Assembly (NCBI GenBank): GCA_024686135.1
Contig: JAIBDQ010000001.1
Coordinates: 26,985 to 90,984, forward strand
Length of the DNA: 64,000 nt
Source of the DNA: Halobacteriovorax sp.
GTDB lineage: Bacteria > Bdellovibrionota > Bacteriovoracia > Bacteriovoracales > Bacteriovoracaceae
Reading direction: 5' to 3'
Of the stretch, positions 18,244 to 26,257 are shown in pieces; the stretch's first letter is position 1, and every line of letters begins with the position of its first letter. The position numbers were made by a program, and so were the translations under genes. The notes beneath the pieces are model-generated. The model searched no databases and was not told where the DNA came from. It saw only the letters and a list, made by a program, of their open reading frames with translations.

Positions 18244-18930
18244 ATGAAAGTTTTAATTGGATTAAATAAGACGTTTGTTGACCAAATGACTCAGACTTGG
18301 ATGCATAAGGAATACTCCAAGGGGGTTAGAGATTTCTTTGTTCCTGCTGGGGGAACTCCCGAAGGTCTTTATGAGCTTTGGCGTAAAGAAAATCCAGAGT
18401 GGCTAAGTGATACTTTTCTTTATCAAGTGGATGAGATAATTGATGGAGAGCAAAAAGATAAGTTCTACAATTTTTTTCAAAAACATTTGGGTAAGTTTAG
18501 AACAAGGCTTCAAAGAATTGGTCAAACTTCGGCCCCAAAAAGCTTTTCAACTATTTTAGGCCTGGGGTTAAATGGGCATGTTGCTTTTCATGAGCCTAAT
18601 CTACCAAGCGATTTCTCTTACGGAGAAGTTGAGTTAACAAAGATCACGAGAGATTACTTAAAGCTTCGTGAGTCTAGTCGAGGGCTAACTTATGGTCTTG
18701 GGACATTTTTAAATTCAAAAGCAATTTTATTAATGGTTAAGGGAGAGCATAAAGCTGATATCTTAACGAAGTTTTTAAAAGATGATCCCTCTTGTCCGGC
18801 CATTGCCTTGAAAAAGAATCCCAATCTAACTCTGGTTGTAGATGAGGAACTTTGGAAATTAATCGACGGAGACTTAAAAAAAAATTTGATTGCTCCCGAT
18901 GAAACATCAAGAATTAATTTCTTTATATAG
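18244..18930 (+). CDS. glucosamine-6-phosphate deaminase / 6-phosphogluconolactonase superfamily protein
   Basis: GLGLNGHVAFHEP motif typical of the NagB/Pgl fold. Shorter than canonical NagB. Confidence 0.6.
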   Translation: MKVLIGLNKTFVDQMTQTWMHKEYSKGVRDFFVPAGGTPEGLYELWRKENPEWLSDTFLYQVDEIIDGEQKDKFYNFFQKHLGKFRTRLQRIGQTSAPKSFSTILGLGLNGHVAFHEPNLPSDFSYGEVELTKITRDYLKLRESSRGLTYGLGTFLNSKAILLMVKGEHKADILTKFLKDDPSCPAIALKKNPNLTLVVDEELWKLIDGDLKKNLIAPDETSRINFFI

Positions 18931-18958
18931 TTAAGGAACTAAATGATTCCTTTAGGAA

Positions 18959-20677
18959 TCATTCAGTTTCGATTCTATTGACCATAAGTTGTATGTATTC
19001 ATTACCTCGATAGCGATTTATAGCTAGCTGGCAATAAACGTAGAGGTCCTCATCACTTTGAGATGCTTCAAACAGATCGTCTGGAGATTTTACTCCAAAT
19101 TTATCTACATAGTTAAAGCTGATTCCTTTAAAGAAAGCACCGGTGGATGATTTGAAGTTCCATCTTACATGAACTTCTTTTAAAAGATCGAACGAAGCGA
19201 GGCTAAGACCCTTTACTCTGAAAAGAGGTTTTTCGTTCCCCATCCCAAACGGCTCTAACATTTCTAGTTCTTTTAAAAGTCTTGGATTGATTTCATGAGG
19301 CTCGATTTCTAGGTCGTAATAATCTTGAACAGTTCTTTCAATTGAAGGAACTTGTTTTAAATATTGAGTTAAGTTTTGTCTTAACTGGGCCAAGTTTTCT
19401 TTTGGCATAGAAAGTCCAGCTGCGGCCTTATGCCCACCAAACTTCACGAATAGATGTTCTTGAGCCTTTAGCATTGAAAAGAGATCAAGGTCTCCAGCAC
19501 TTCTACAGGATGCCTTAACAATTCCTTTTTCTTCAGCATCCGTAAAAACTAAAGCCGGAGCTTTATAAGTTTCAACTAATCTTGACGCCACAATGCCAAC
19601 GACACCTTCATGCCATTCCTTATCATAAACCATAGAGACTAAATGTTCGTCTCCATCCATGGTTTTTAAGACTTGCTCAGAGGCAGATTTAAAAACTTCT
19701 GAGGTGATGATCTTTCTTTCTCGGTTAGAGATCTCTAAATGAGAATAACATTCATGAGCTCTATCAAGATCTTTTGCTATTAAACATTCAAGCGCCATTT
19801 CTGGATGATCGAGTCTTCCCTTAGAGTTGATTAAGGGACCAATATTGAAGCCAAGCTTTTCACTTGGAACAAACTTGGCCTCTCTTTCTTCTTTCGTAAA
19901 AAACTTAAGAACACCCGGATAGGTCGAGCAATGCATTTGCTTTAATCCATGACGAACTAGTTTTAAGTTAAGTGGTGTTAGGGGGGCCATGTCACAAACT
20001 GTTCCCATGGCAACCCATTGAAGAAGAGGATATAAACTAGGAACGGTTTCACCGCTTGCTTCAAGCTGCTTTTTTACTTCCCAGCAAATAGCAAAAGCGA
20101 CGCCTACACCTGCTAAAACTTTTAAAGGGGAGTCATCTGGTTCATCCCTTCTATTGGGGTTCACCACCGCAAAGGCTTCGGGCATTGTGTCGCGAGCATC
20201 TTTATGATGATCAGTTATAATTAAATCAAGACCTCGAAGTCCGGCATATTCCGCAGCTTCATTATTCGAAATTCCGCAATCAACAGTAATGAGAACTTCA
20301 ATTCCCATTTCAATGGCCTTATCAATGGAGCTTGGATGAAGTCCGTAGCCTTCAACAAATCGGCTTGGTTGAATTAAATCAACCGGCATATCTACCATTT
20401 CGAAGAAGTGATGAAATAAGGCACAACTAGTTGTTCCATCTACATCGTAGTCGCCATAGATTCCAACTCGTTCGCCATTTGTAATTGCGCTAATAATTCT
20501 TTGGGCAGCCTTTTGTGTATCTAGCATTTTAGTTAGATCTGGCATGGCCTTAAGGTCCCAACTTAAAAACTCGGCAATCCCCAATTCATTAAGCTCTCTT
20601 TTTTCAAGAAGCCTCCTGATAACGGGATGAATATTAAGTTTTTCTTGGGACGTAGTGTGTGTTTGCGTCTCATTCAT
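18959..20677 (-). CDS. recJ: single-stranded-DNA-specific exonuclease RecJ
   Basis: 572 aa. DHH-family motifs DYDVDGTTS, TVDCG, ITDHH and GGHKAAAG. Confidence 0.95.
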   Translation of the reverse strand: MNETQTHTTSQEKLNIHPVIRRLLEKRELNELGIAEFLSWDLKAMPDLTKMLDTQKAAQRIISAITNGERVGIYGDYDVDGTTSCALFHHFFEMVDMPVDLIQPSRFVEGYGLHPSSIDKAIEMGIEVLITVDCGISNNEAAEYAGLRGLDLIITDHHKDARDTMPEAFAVVNPNRRDEPDDSPLKVLAGVGVAFAICWEVKKQLEASGETVPSLYPLLQWVAMGTVCDMAPLTPLNLKLVRHGLKQMHCSTYPGVLKFFTKEEREAKFVPSEKLGFNIGPLINSKGRLDHPEMALECLIAKDLDRAHECYSHLEISNRERKIITSEVFKSASEQVLKTMDGDEHLVSMVYDKEWHEGVVGIVASRLVETYKAPALVFTDAEEKGIVKASCRSAGDLDLFSMLKAQEHLFVKFGGHKAAAGLSMPKENLAQLRQNLTQYLKQVPSIERTVQDYYDLEIEPHEINPRLLKELEMLEPFGMGNEKPLFRVKGLSLASFDLLKEVHVRWNFKSSTGAFFKGISFNYVDKFGVKSPDDLFEASQSDEDLYVYCQLAINRYRGNEYIQLMVNRIETE

Positions 20678-20798
20678 ATAAAAAGAGTAGCACGGCCGAT
20701 AGAAAAAGCCTTAAATGACGCTCTGCTAATGAGACGGTAATTGAAGATGTAACCTAATTTCAATAAAGTGTAAGAAATAAAAATAAGTGAGTATAAAA

Positions 20799-21302
20799 AT
20801 GCCTATTAAATCTAAAATTAGAACTATCCCTAACTTCCCAAAAGAAGGAATCATGTTTCGCGACGTGACAACTCTAATGAAGGACCCGGACGGCTTTAAG
20901 CTAACCATTGATACATTAGTTGATCGATACAAAGATATGGATATTGATGTCATTGTGGGAATTGAGGCAAGGGGTTTTGTTCTAGGTGCGGCCATGGCCT
21001 ATAATATGGGAAAAGGTTTTGTACCGATTCGTAAAAAAGGAAAACTCCCTGGAGAAACTTATAGTGAAGACTACCAGCTTGAATACGGTGTCGACACGAT
21101 AGAGGTTCATACGGACGCCATTGAGAAAGGCCAAAAGGTTTTGCTCGTGGACGATTTACTTGCAACAGGTGGAACAATTCTTGGGGCCATTAATCTCGTT
21201 GAGAAAACTGGCGGCGAAGTAGTCGAGTCTTGTTTTATAGTAGATCTACCAGACCTTGGGGGATCTAAGAAACTAGATGCTGGCGGATATAAGTATTATT
21301 GA
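20799..21302 (+). CDS. apt: adenine phosphoribosyltransferase
   Basis: [12 protein letters not shown] and the PRPP-binding motif [16 protein letters not shown] 20799 is preferred over the GTG 20787 of the ORF track. Confidence 0.9.
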   Translation: MPIKSKIRTIPNFPKEGIMFRDVTTLMKDPDGFKLTIDTLVDRYKDMDIDVIVGIEARGFVLGAAMAYNMGKGFVPIRKKGKLPGETYSEDYQLEYGVDTIEVHTDAIEKGQKVLLVDDLLATGGTILGAINLVEKTGGEVVESCFIVDLPDLGGSKKLDAGGYKYY

Positions 21303-21303
21303 C

Positions 21304-21951
21304 TTACTGATTTTGAGGGCGAATAGCCGAAAGCTTAACTCGCTTATCAATTAAAAGCTCCTGAACTCTTACCTGAAAAGCATCAGGCTCGTTATACTGA
21401 ATAAGCTTTGGGAGATTTAAAGAGAGAACTCTTCTAAAAGTGGGGAACTGCTTATCGCTAACACCCATTAGCTTTGCATAGTTTTTAAGAACTTCACCTC
21501 GTCCCTGCACCAAATTGCTTAAAATCTTTCTTTGATTTAGAAGAACAAACTTAATGATTTCAGCTTTTGGGCTGCTCATAGAGGTTCCTTTTCTTTTAAG
21601 GTCAATAAAGTAGCTACCTGGTTGATATTCAAGAAGGTGACCTGTTAAAGCATCGGTTCCCCAAGATAGAAATGAAGTACAATTAAATAAGGCGACACCA
21701 GAAACAGTTTTTTTAAGCTGAAACTTCTGACTATCATAACCTTCTTTTTTGATAGTTATATAATGCTTATCAAAAGTGGATCTTTTGAATTCCTTTGTAA
21801 AAGGAGTTACGCCAACCAGGTCCCCGTCGACATAAACATTGGCCCCAACAGGTTCCGATTTAAATGTAACCTTATCTTTACTTTTAGAAAATATTGTTGC
21901 GCAGCTACTGAGCAGGCTTAATAATAAAAGTGAAGTGATAACTGAGCGCAT
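21304..21951 (-). CDS. PEGA-domain lipoprotein
   Basis: Lipobox LLSSCA and a PEGA-like segment PVGANVYVDGDLVGVTP. Confidence 0.6.
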   Translation of the reverse strand: MRSVITSLLLLSLLSSCATIFSKSKDKVTFKSEPVGANVYVDGDLVGVTPFTKEFKRSTFDKHYITIKKEGYDSQKFQLKKTVSGVALFNCTSFLSWGTDALTGHLLEYQPGSYFIDLKRKGTSMSSPKAEIIKFVLLNQRKILSNLVQGRGEVLKNYAKLMGVSDKQFPTFRRVLSLNLPKLIQYNEPDAFQVRVQELLIDKRVKLSAIRPQNQ

Positions 21952-22015
21952 GTGGATATTCCCTATCTTTGAGCGCTAATATTGAACTAAATGTCAGAAA
22001 TCGTAAAGAAAGATT

Positions 22016-22267
22016 TTACCAAAGAACGTAAAGACCTTTAATAAGATCGTCGGGATGAAGCTCTTGAGATTCTACGAAGAGACTTTTGTATTCTTCGGAG
22101 GTTTTTGCGTGAACTTTTGAAAAGTAATTTAAGGGAAGGAAGCCTTTTTTACATTTTTGACAGCTATCCATTTCTTTTTTTCCCTCATTTAAAAAACCAC
22201 ACATATGACATTTCTTGAAAATAGTTTTGGTACTGGTCAATGTGGTTTTATAAGTTGAGTTACTCAT
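22016..22267 (-). CDS. small zinc-ribbon protein (hypothetical)
   Basis: 83 aa with CHMCG...CQKCK (two CxxC pairs). Has its own upstream region after a terminator. Confidence 0.5.
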   Translation of the reverse strand: MSNSTYKTTLTSTKTIFKKCHMCGFLNEGKKEMDSCQKCKKGFLPLNYFSKVHAKTSEEYKSLFVESQELHPDDLIKGLYVLW

Positions 22268-22315
22268 TGCTACTTAGCTATTCGAAACAATTGAAGGAAA
22301 TATTTAGGAAAAAGT

Positions 22316-22351
22316 GGAAAAAATTTCCGCTCTACGAGAAAGGTAGAGCGG
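22316..22351 (-). terminator. rho-independent terminator of the 504-aa coiled-coil gene
   Basis: CCGCTCTAC / GTAGAGCGG 9-bp stem with a 7-nt loop, followed on the minus strand by AAATTTTTT. Confidence 0.6.
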
Positions 22352-22364
22352 GTTAGTCGGCTAA

Positions 22365-23879
22365 TTAAAAGGCGAAATAGGCAGGGTTTCTTCCTGGTAC
22401 ATCAGGGGCAAACTGGCTAGAGGCCGATGGGGAGCCAAATCCCTGTCCTAAGGAGCCGTAGTAGCTATCCGGTCCTATCTCTCCCCAATATGTATTTTGT
22501 GGGTTACGGGCCGAATGATAGAGGAATGAGTCCATTCCTTGCTTTGGCATATAGTAGTAACTATTAACCTGTGTATTTCCTTGATTAAAATCAAATGGAC
22601 TTGCTCCAGGCTGGCTCCACATTTTATTCATCATGGCGAGTCTCATATAAGAGTTCCAGTCCACCATGCTTGAATCTGTTAGTGGATTTTGATTTACCAC
22701 TGGCATTTGCGGCGCAGGTGCTTGGTTGGCAAGCATTGCATACATCGTGAATTGCTTCATTAATGCTGCGATTTGCGCTTTCTCTTTTTTACGTTTTTCT
22801 GCCATATCTTCTTTTTCTTTTTTAAGGGCAGCAACTACTTTATCGATTTCTTTTTTATCTTCTTCAAAGTCGGTAACTTGCTTTTTTAATTCCTTAAGCT
22901 GTTTTTGTTGCTCGCATTCTGCAATTCTTAGGTCAGCAAGTTGAGCCCCCTGAGTTTCAATCTCTGTTGATTGTGAAGCTATTTTAGTTTCTTGCTCAGT
23001 AATCTTTGTATCTTGTTCTTCAATCTTCTTTTCTTTACTTTGAAGATCATCGCTTAAGGCAGCTACTTGAACTTCAAGACTGGTAATTTCGTCTTCAGCG
23101 AGACCTAATTCTTCATTAGTTAAGTTAAGCTCATCTTGAAGACCAGCAAATTCAGTTTTTAATCCTTCAAGTTCAGCTAGAGCATTTTCTTTAGCTTCTG
23201 TTTGAGAAGCAAGTTGCGCAGTAAGAGTTGCGATATCATTCTCTAGTTGCTCTTTAACTTTAGCGTGGTCTTTATTGGCAGTATCGAGGGCCAATAGCGC
23301 TTCTTTCTTAAGTAGTAATTCTTCATTAATTCTAGCGTCTCTAACTTCAATATCGGCAGCACGGCCTTCTTTTTCAGACTTTAGATTACTTTTGATGGCA
23401 GCGATGTCTGCTTCGAGTGCATTCTTTTCTTTGGCATGCATTTTCTTAACGGCAATCATATCAGACTGAAGGCGAGAACGTTCTTCATCTAGCTTTTTAA
23501 TATCGTTTAAGGCCAGGGCAATTATATGGGCAGCAGCACTATTCTTAGACTTTAAAGCAGCAACTTCTCTAGACTTCTTTTTTATCTCAGCATCTTTAGC
23601 TTTGATCTGCGCTTTAAGTTTAGCACTGTCATTTATGTACATACGTATTGATTCAACATAGCGCTTTCTTTTATAGATAAGTCCTAGGGGGGTAACAATT
23701 AGGATCTCTTCCTCAATCATTTTATCTTGAGCAACTGCAACTTCCGAAGCAATACCTCTAGAGGCAAGGGTGAGGCTGTGCTTGGCAGGGGTAGGTATTG
23801 TATTAACTGCATGTGAGACAAGACCCACGGCCACAAGGCAAAAGCAGTAAAAACCTAAACGCCATTTTGACATATTCAT
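22365..23879 (-). CDS. exported coiled-coil protein A with Met/aromatic/Gly-rich C-terminal module (unknown family)
   Basis: 504 aa. Hydrophobic N-terminus, about 300 aa of heptad-like K/E/A/L sequence, and a C-terminal module shared with ORF 24054-25124. SD GGAGAGAG precedes the ATG. Confidence 0.75.
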   Translation of the reverse strand: MNMSKWRLGFYCFCLVAVGLVSHAVNTIPTPAKHSLTLASRGIASEVAVAQDKMIEEEILIVTPLGLIYKRKRYVESIRMYINDSAKLKAQIKAKDAEIKKKSREVAALKSKNSAAAHIIALALNDIKKLDEERSRLQSDMIAVKKMHAKEKNALEADIAAIKSNLKSEKEGRAADIEVRDARINEELLLKKEALLALDTANKDHAKVKEQLENDIATLTAQLASQTEAKENALAELEGLKTEFAGLQDELNLTNEELGLAEDEITSLEVQVAALSDDLQSKEKKIEEQDTKITEQETKIASQSTEIETQGAQLADLRIAECEQQKQLKELKKQVTDFEEDKKEIDKVVAALKKEKEDMAEKRKKEKAQIAALMKQFTMYAMLANQAPAPQMPVVNQNPLTDSSMVDWNSYMRLAMMNKMWSQPGASPFDFNQGNTQVNSYYYMPKQGMDSFLYHSARNPQNTYWGEIGPDSYYGSLGQGFGSPSASSQFAPDVPGRNPAYFAF

Positions 23880-23917
23880 AACTCTCTCCAGTTTGAAATA
23901 ACTATGGTTTTAATAGA

Positions 23918-23932
23918 GCAAGTGGCGTGCCA
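23918..23932 (-). promoter_or_regulatory. sigma-54-type -24/-12 promoter of coiled-coil gene A
   Basis: Minus strand reads TGGCACGCCACTTGC, an exact match to TGGCACG-N4-TTGC. The element ends 38 nt upstream of the ATG. Confidence 0.6.
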
Positions 23933-23988
23933 ATTTTAAGGGGGTAACTAGTTGAATTTATCTTTGGGAATGGTAATTTTTATAAGGC

Positions 23989-24005
23989 TGTCTAAAATTT
24001 AGACA
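23989..24005. promoter_or_regulatory. 17-bp perfect palindrome TGTCTAAA-A-TTTAGACA (candidate activator/regulator site)
   Basis: 8+1+8 inverted repeat centred about 66 bp upstream of the -24 GG. Related copies at 25237-25253 and 33119-33135. Confidence 0.4.
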
Positions 24006-24053
24006 CCCCCATGCGCATACTATGGCAGCAGAGGGGTGTCTTATATTTATTGA

Positions 24054-25124
24054 TTAATTAAAGTCAAAAAATTCTGAACCAACATTTCCTCTGCCTGCAG
24101 TAGGAACTGTCTGAGTATAGTTTGTTCCATCTATCACTGGCATTAGCCTTGGCATAGATGAAGCAGCTGGGTTTCTAGATTCTAGGATAGAATTATCAAA
24201 GCTAGGAGCTTCAAATCCACCGCTAGTTCCGATTCCTGGATAACCACCAAACCCGTAACCCATACCAGATCCACCCAGGTAATAAGTGTTAACCTGTGAC
24301 CTTGGTGCAGCAGCTTGTGGTCTATTCATCATGGACATTAACATGAACATTGAGAAAGGATCATTTCCAGCAGGAGCTAAAAGAGCAGGGGGTGATACTT
24401 CAAAAAATGAGTTTTGTTGACCTTGAATATGGGCAAAAAGCTGAGCATAAGTCATAACGTCTGCGCTAAAACCAGCTTGGGCATCTACATCTACTTCAGC
24501 GTCTTCATCAACCTCTGCCACTACATCTTCTTTATCTTTAAGAAGCTCGGCGATTTGTCCTTTAATATCCTCTAGTAAACCTTTGTTTTCACAAATCCTT
24601 TCGCTAGTAGCTGCTAAGGCAGCCTTTTGCTCTAGAAGTTCTGTTTCTTGGGCCTTAGAGATTTTTAAATTAAGCTTTTCTTTAACTTCGGCTGGGTAGA
24701 AATCGACCATCTCTTTAACAAGAGCATCGAAAGCTGGTTTATTTTCGTGTTCTGCCTTATCTGAAAAGAAACTTCTAAAGTCAGCAGAACGTGTTAAAAG
24801 ACGTGTTCCTTCAACTCCAAGTTCCTCTACTTCTTCGTCTCTCATCTGGATCAATTCACTTAATCCCGTATCTTCTGCATCTAAACGATTATGAAACTTT
24901 GTTCTGAATTCCTTATGGGTTTCAACTAATTTTTTGAAAGAAGAAAGCTCTACATCAACATTTTCAGCTGTTACAGCCTCAAACTCAACTGCATTGGCGA
25001 TTGTTCTAAAGATAGATGGGCTCCAATTGCCTGCAACAGACGAATGGTCGTAAACCACATTAGATCCAAAGGTAAACCCTAAAACTGAAAGTGCGAGAGC
25101 ACCCTTTGCTAGCATGGACTTCAT
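24054..25124 (-). CDS. exported coiled-coil protein B, paralogue of A in its C-terminal module
   Basis: 356 aa. Signal peptide, acidic coiled-coil middle, C-terminal segments alignable with protein A (MMNRPQ/MMNKMW, QVNTYY/QVNSYY, RNPA). SD GAGGAGAG. Confidence 0.75.
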   Translation of the reverse strand: MKSMLAKGALALSVLGFTFGSNVVYDHSSVAGNWSPSIFRTIANAVEFEAVTAENVDVELSSFKKLVETHKEFRTKFHNRLDAEDTGLSELIQMRDEEVEELGVEGTRLLTRSADFRSFFSDKAEHENKPAFDALVKEMVDFYPAEVKEKLNLKISKAQETELLEQKAALAATSERICENKGLLEDIKGQIAELLKDKEDVVAEVDEDAEVDVDAQAGFSADVMTYAQLFAHIQGQQNSFFEVSPPALLAPAGNDPFSMFMLMSMMNRPQAAAPRSQVNTYYLGGSGMGYGFGGYPGIGTSGGFEAPSFDNSILESRNPAASSMPRLMPVIDGTNYTQTVPTAGRGNVGSEFFDFN

Positions 25125-25160
25125 AATTCTCTCCTCATTAATTTATATGAGAAATTAGTT

Positions 25161-25175
25161 ACAAGAGTCGTGCCA
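25161..25175 (-). promoter_or_regulatory. sigma-54-type -24/-12 promoter of coiled-coil gene B (imperfect -12)
   Basis: Minus strand reads TGGCACGACTCTTGT (TGGCACG-N4-TTGT), at the same spacing to the ATG as in gene A. Confidence 0.45.
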
Positions 25176-25187
25176 TACAGAAATACT

Positions 25188-25218
25188 GGAAATTATAAAA
25201 GGCTCGGTTGAGCCTTTG
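25188..25218 (-). terminator. rho-independent terminator of the small exported ORF
   Basis: AAAGGCTC-AACC-GAGCCTTT hairpin followed by TTATAATTT on the minus strand. Confidence 0.6.
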
Positions 25219-25255
25219 GTAAAAAAGAAATGGTGCTGTCTAAACTTTTTACGAA

Positions 25256-25582
25256 TTAAAGATTTGAAGTTGAGTCGTCATCTTCGTTAAATGCTTGATC
25301 CATAGCATTCATATTGTCTGTAAAAGTTTGTTGGATCTTTTTCATAAGCTCTAACTCATGTTGAACTCTAACTTGCTCAATTTTCTTTCTAAGCATAGCT
25401 TCAGTTCTCTTTTCGAGTTTTTCTCTAAAAGCTTTTCTTCTCTCAGAAGGGCTCATCGTACGGGCAGCATACTGGCCATCGATACCTATAATATCGTTGT
25501 TAACTCTTTGAACATTGTTCGAAGCGGCCAAAAGATTAGCTGAAAAGAAAAGAGTCACTATAAAGATAAATGGCTTATTCAT
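25256..25582 (-). CDS. small exported coiled-coil protein (hypothetical)
   Basis: Signal peptide MNKPFIFIVTLFFSANLLAA, then a charged helical region. ATG 25582 is preferred over the TTG 25594 of the ORF track. Confidence 0.6.
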   Translation of the reverse strand: MNKPFIFIVTLFFSANLLAASNNVQRVNNDIIGIDGQYAARTMSPSERRKAFREKLEKRTEAMLRKKIEQVRVQHELELMKKIQQTFTDNMNAMDQAFNEDDDSTSNL

Positions 25583-25680
25583 GTTGCATCCCAACGGTAA
25601 ATTCTAAAAATCGCCTCAATATAGTGAAGGGTGTCAAGTTTGTCTAGGAGGATTGTAGATAATGACTCAGCTAATCTTCG

Positions 25681-26082
25681 TCACTTTTTCTTAGGGTGCT
25701 GCTTTTGGATCTTTTCAATCTCAGAGAGGACCTTATTAAAGTTACCATCATTGATGATGATCTCATTTACCCCTGATTCCGCTAGGCTAGCTGCCATCTC
25801 ATCATCTGCCTCCGGTAGAATGGCCAAGATCGGCAATTCGTCACGCCCGTGAATATTACGGAGAAGTCCTACGATCTCTTCTGCTGGCATGTCTTCTGCC
25901 TCGTCCCCTTGGAGAATAACTAGGTCAAAAGGATGTTTTTCCACGAGATGGATGGCCTGAAAGCCTCCTCCTGCAAGTTCCACATTAAAGGCCTGCATTC
26001 TAAACCTTGAGCTGGTCTGCTTCTTGCGGGTGTCGTTCCCATCAATATAGAGAATATTATATTCTTCAGTTAGTGCTGACAT
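25681..26082 (-). CDS. stand-alone receiver-domain protein with degenerate phospho-acceptor pocket
   Basis: 133 aa from ATG 26082; the longer ORF-track version runs into tRNA-Gly. Receiver-like beta/alpha pattern, but hand alignment to CheY gives Q, L and N at the D57, T87 and K109 positions. Confidence 0.65.
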   Translation of the reverse strand: MSALTEEYNILYIDGNDTRKKQTSSRFRMQAFNVELAGGGFQAIHLVEKHPFDLVILQGDEAEDMPAEEIVGLLRNIHGRDELPILAILPEADDEMAASLAESGVNEIIINDGNFNKVLSEIEKIQKQHPKKK

Positions 26083-26126
26083 GGAGAGATTATCGCTAAA
26101 CTTAGATTTTGAGTAAAGAGGGAAAA

Positions 26127-26201
26127 TGGAGCGGCGACCGAGGGTCGAACTCGGGACCTTCTGCATGGCAAGCAGACGCACTACCACTGTGCTACCACCG
26201 C
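26127..26201 (-). tRNA. tRNA-Gly (anticodon GCC)
   Basis: 75-nt cloverleaf folded by hand. Acceptor GCGGTGG/TCGCCGC, D arm GCAC-AGTGGTA-GTGC, anticodon stem TCTGC/GCAGA with loop TTGCCAT, T arm CCGAG-TTCGACC-CTCGG, encoded CCA. Confidence 0.95.
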
Positions 26202-26257
26202 TCGATTAAAGGGATATTAATTATGGGTTGATTTTATGTCAATAATGTAATGGAGCG

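Noticed and set aside
20726-20995. 89-aa minus-strand ORF overlapping the apt start
   Set aside because: It overlaps a confidently identified apt gene on the other strand. It has no SD and no recognisable features.
25631-25852. Plus-strand 73-aa ORF with a nearby AGGAGG (25645-25650)
   Set aside because: It is antisense to the receiver-domain gene. The AGGAGG is not correctly spaced to any in-frame start, and the nearest ATG (25661) opens only a 10-codon frame.
26083-26187. N-terminal 35 codons of the ORF-track model 25681-26187
   Set aside because: They overlap the hand-folded tRNA-Gly(GCC) at 26127-26201. ATG 26082 gives a normal receiver-domain N-terminus.
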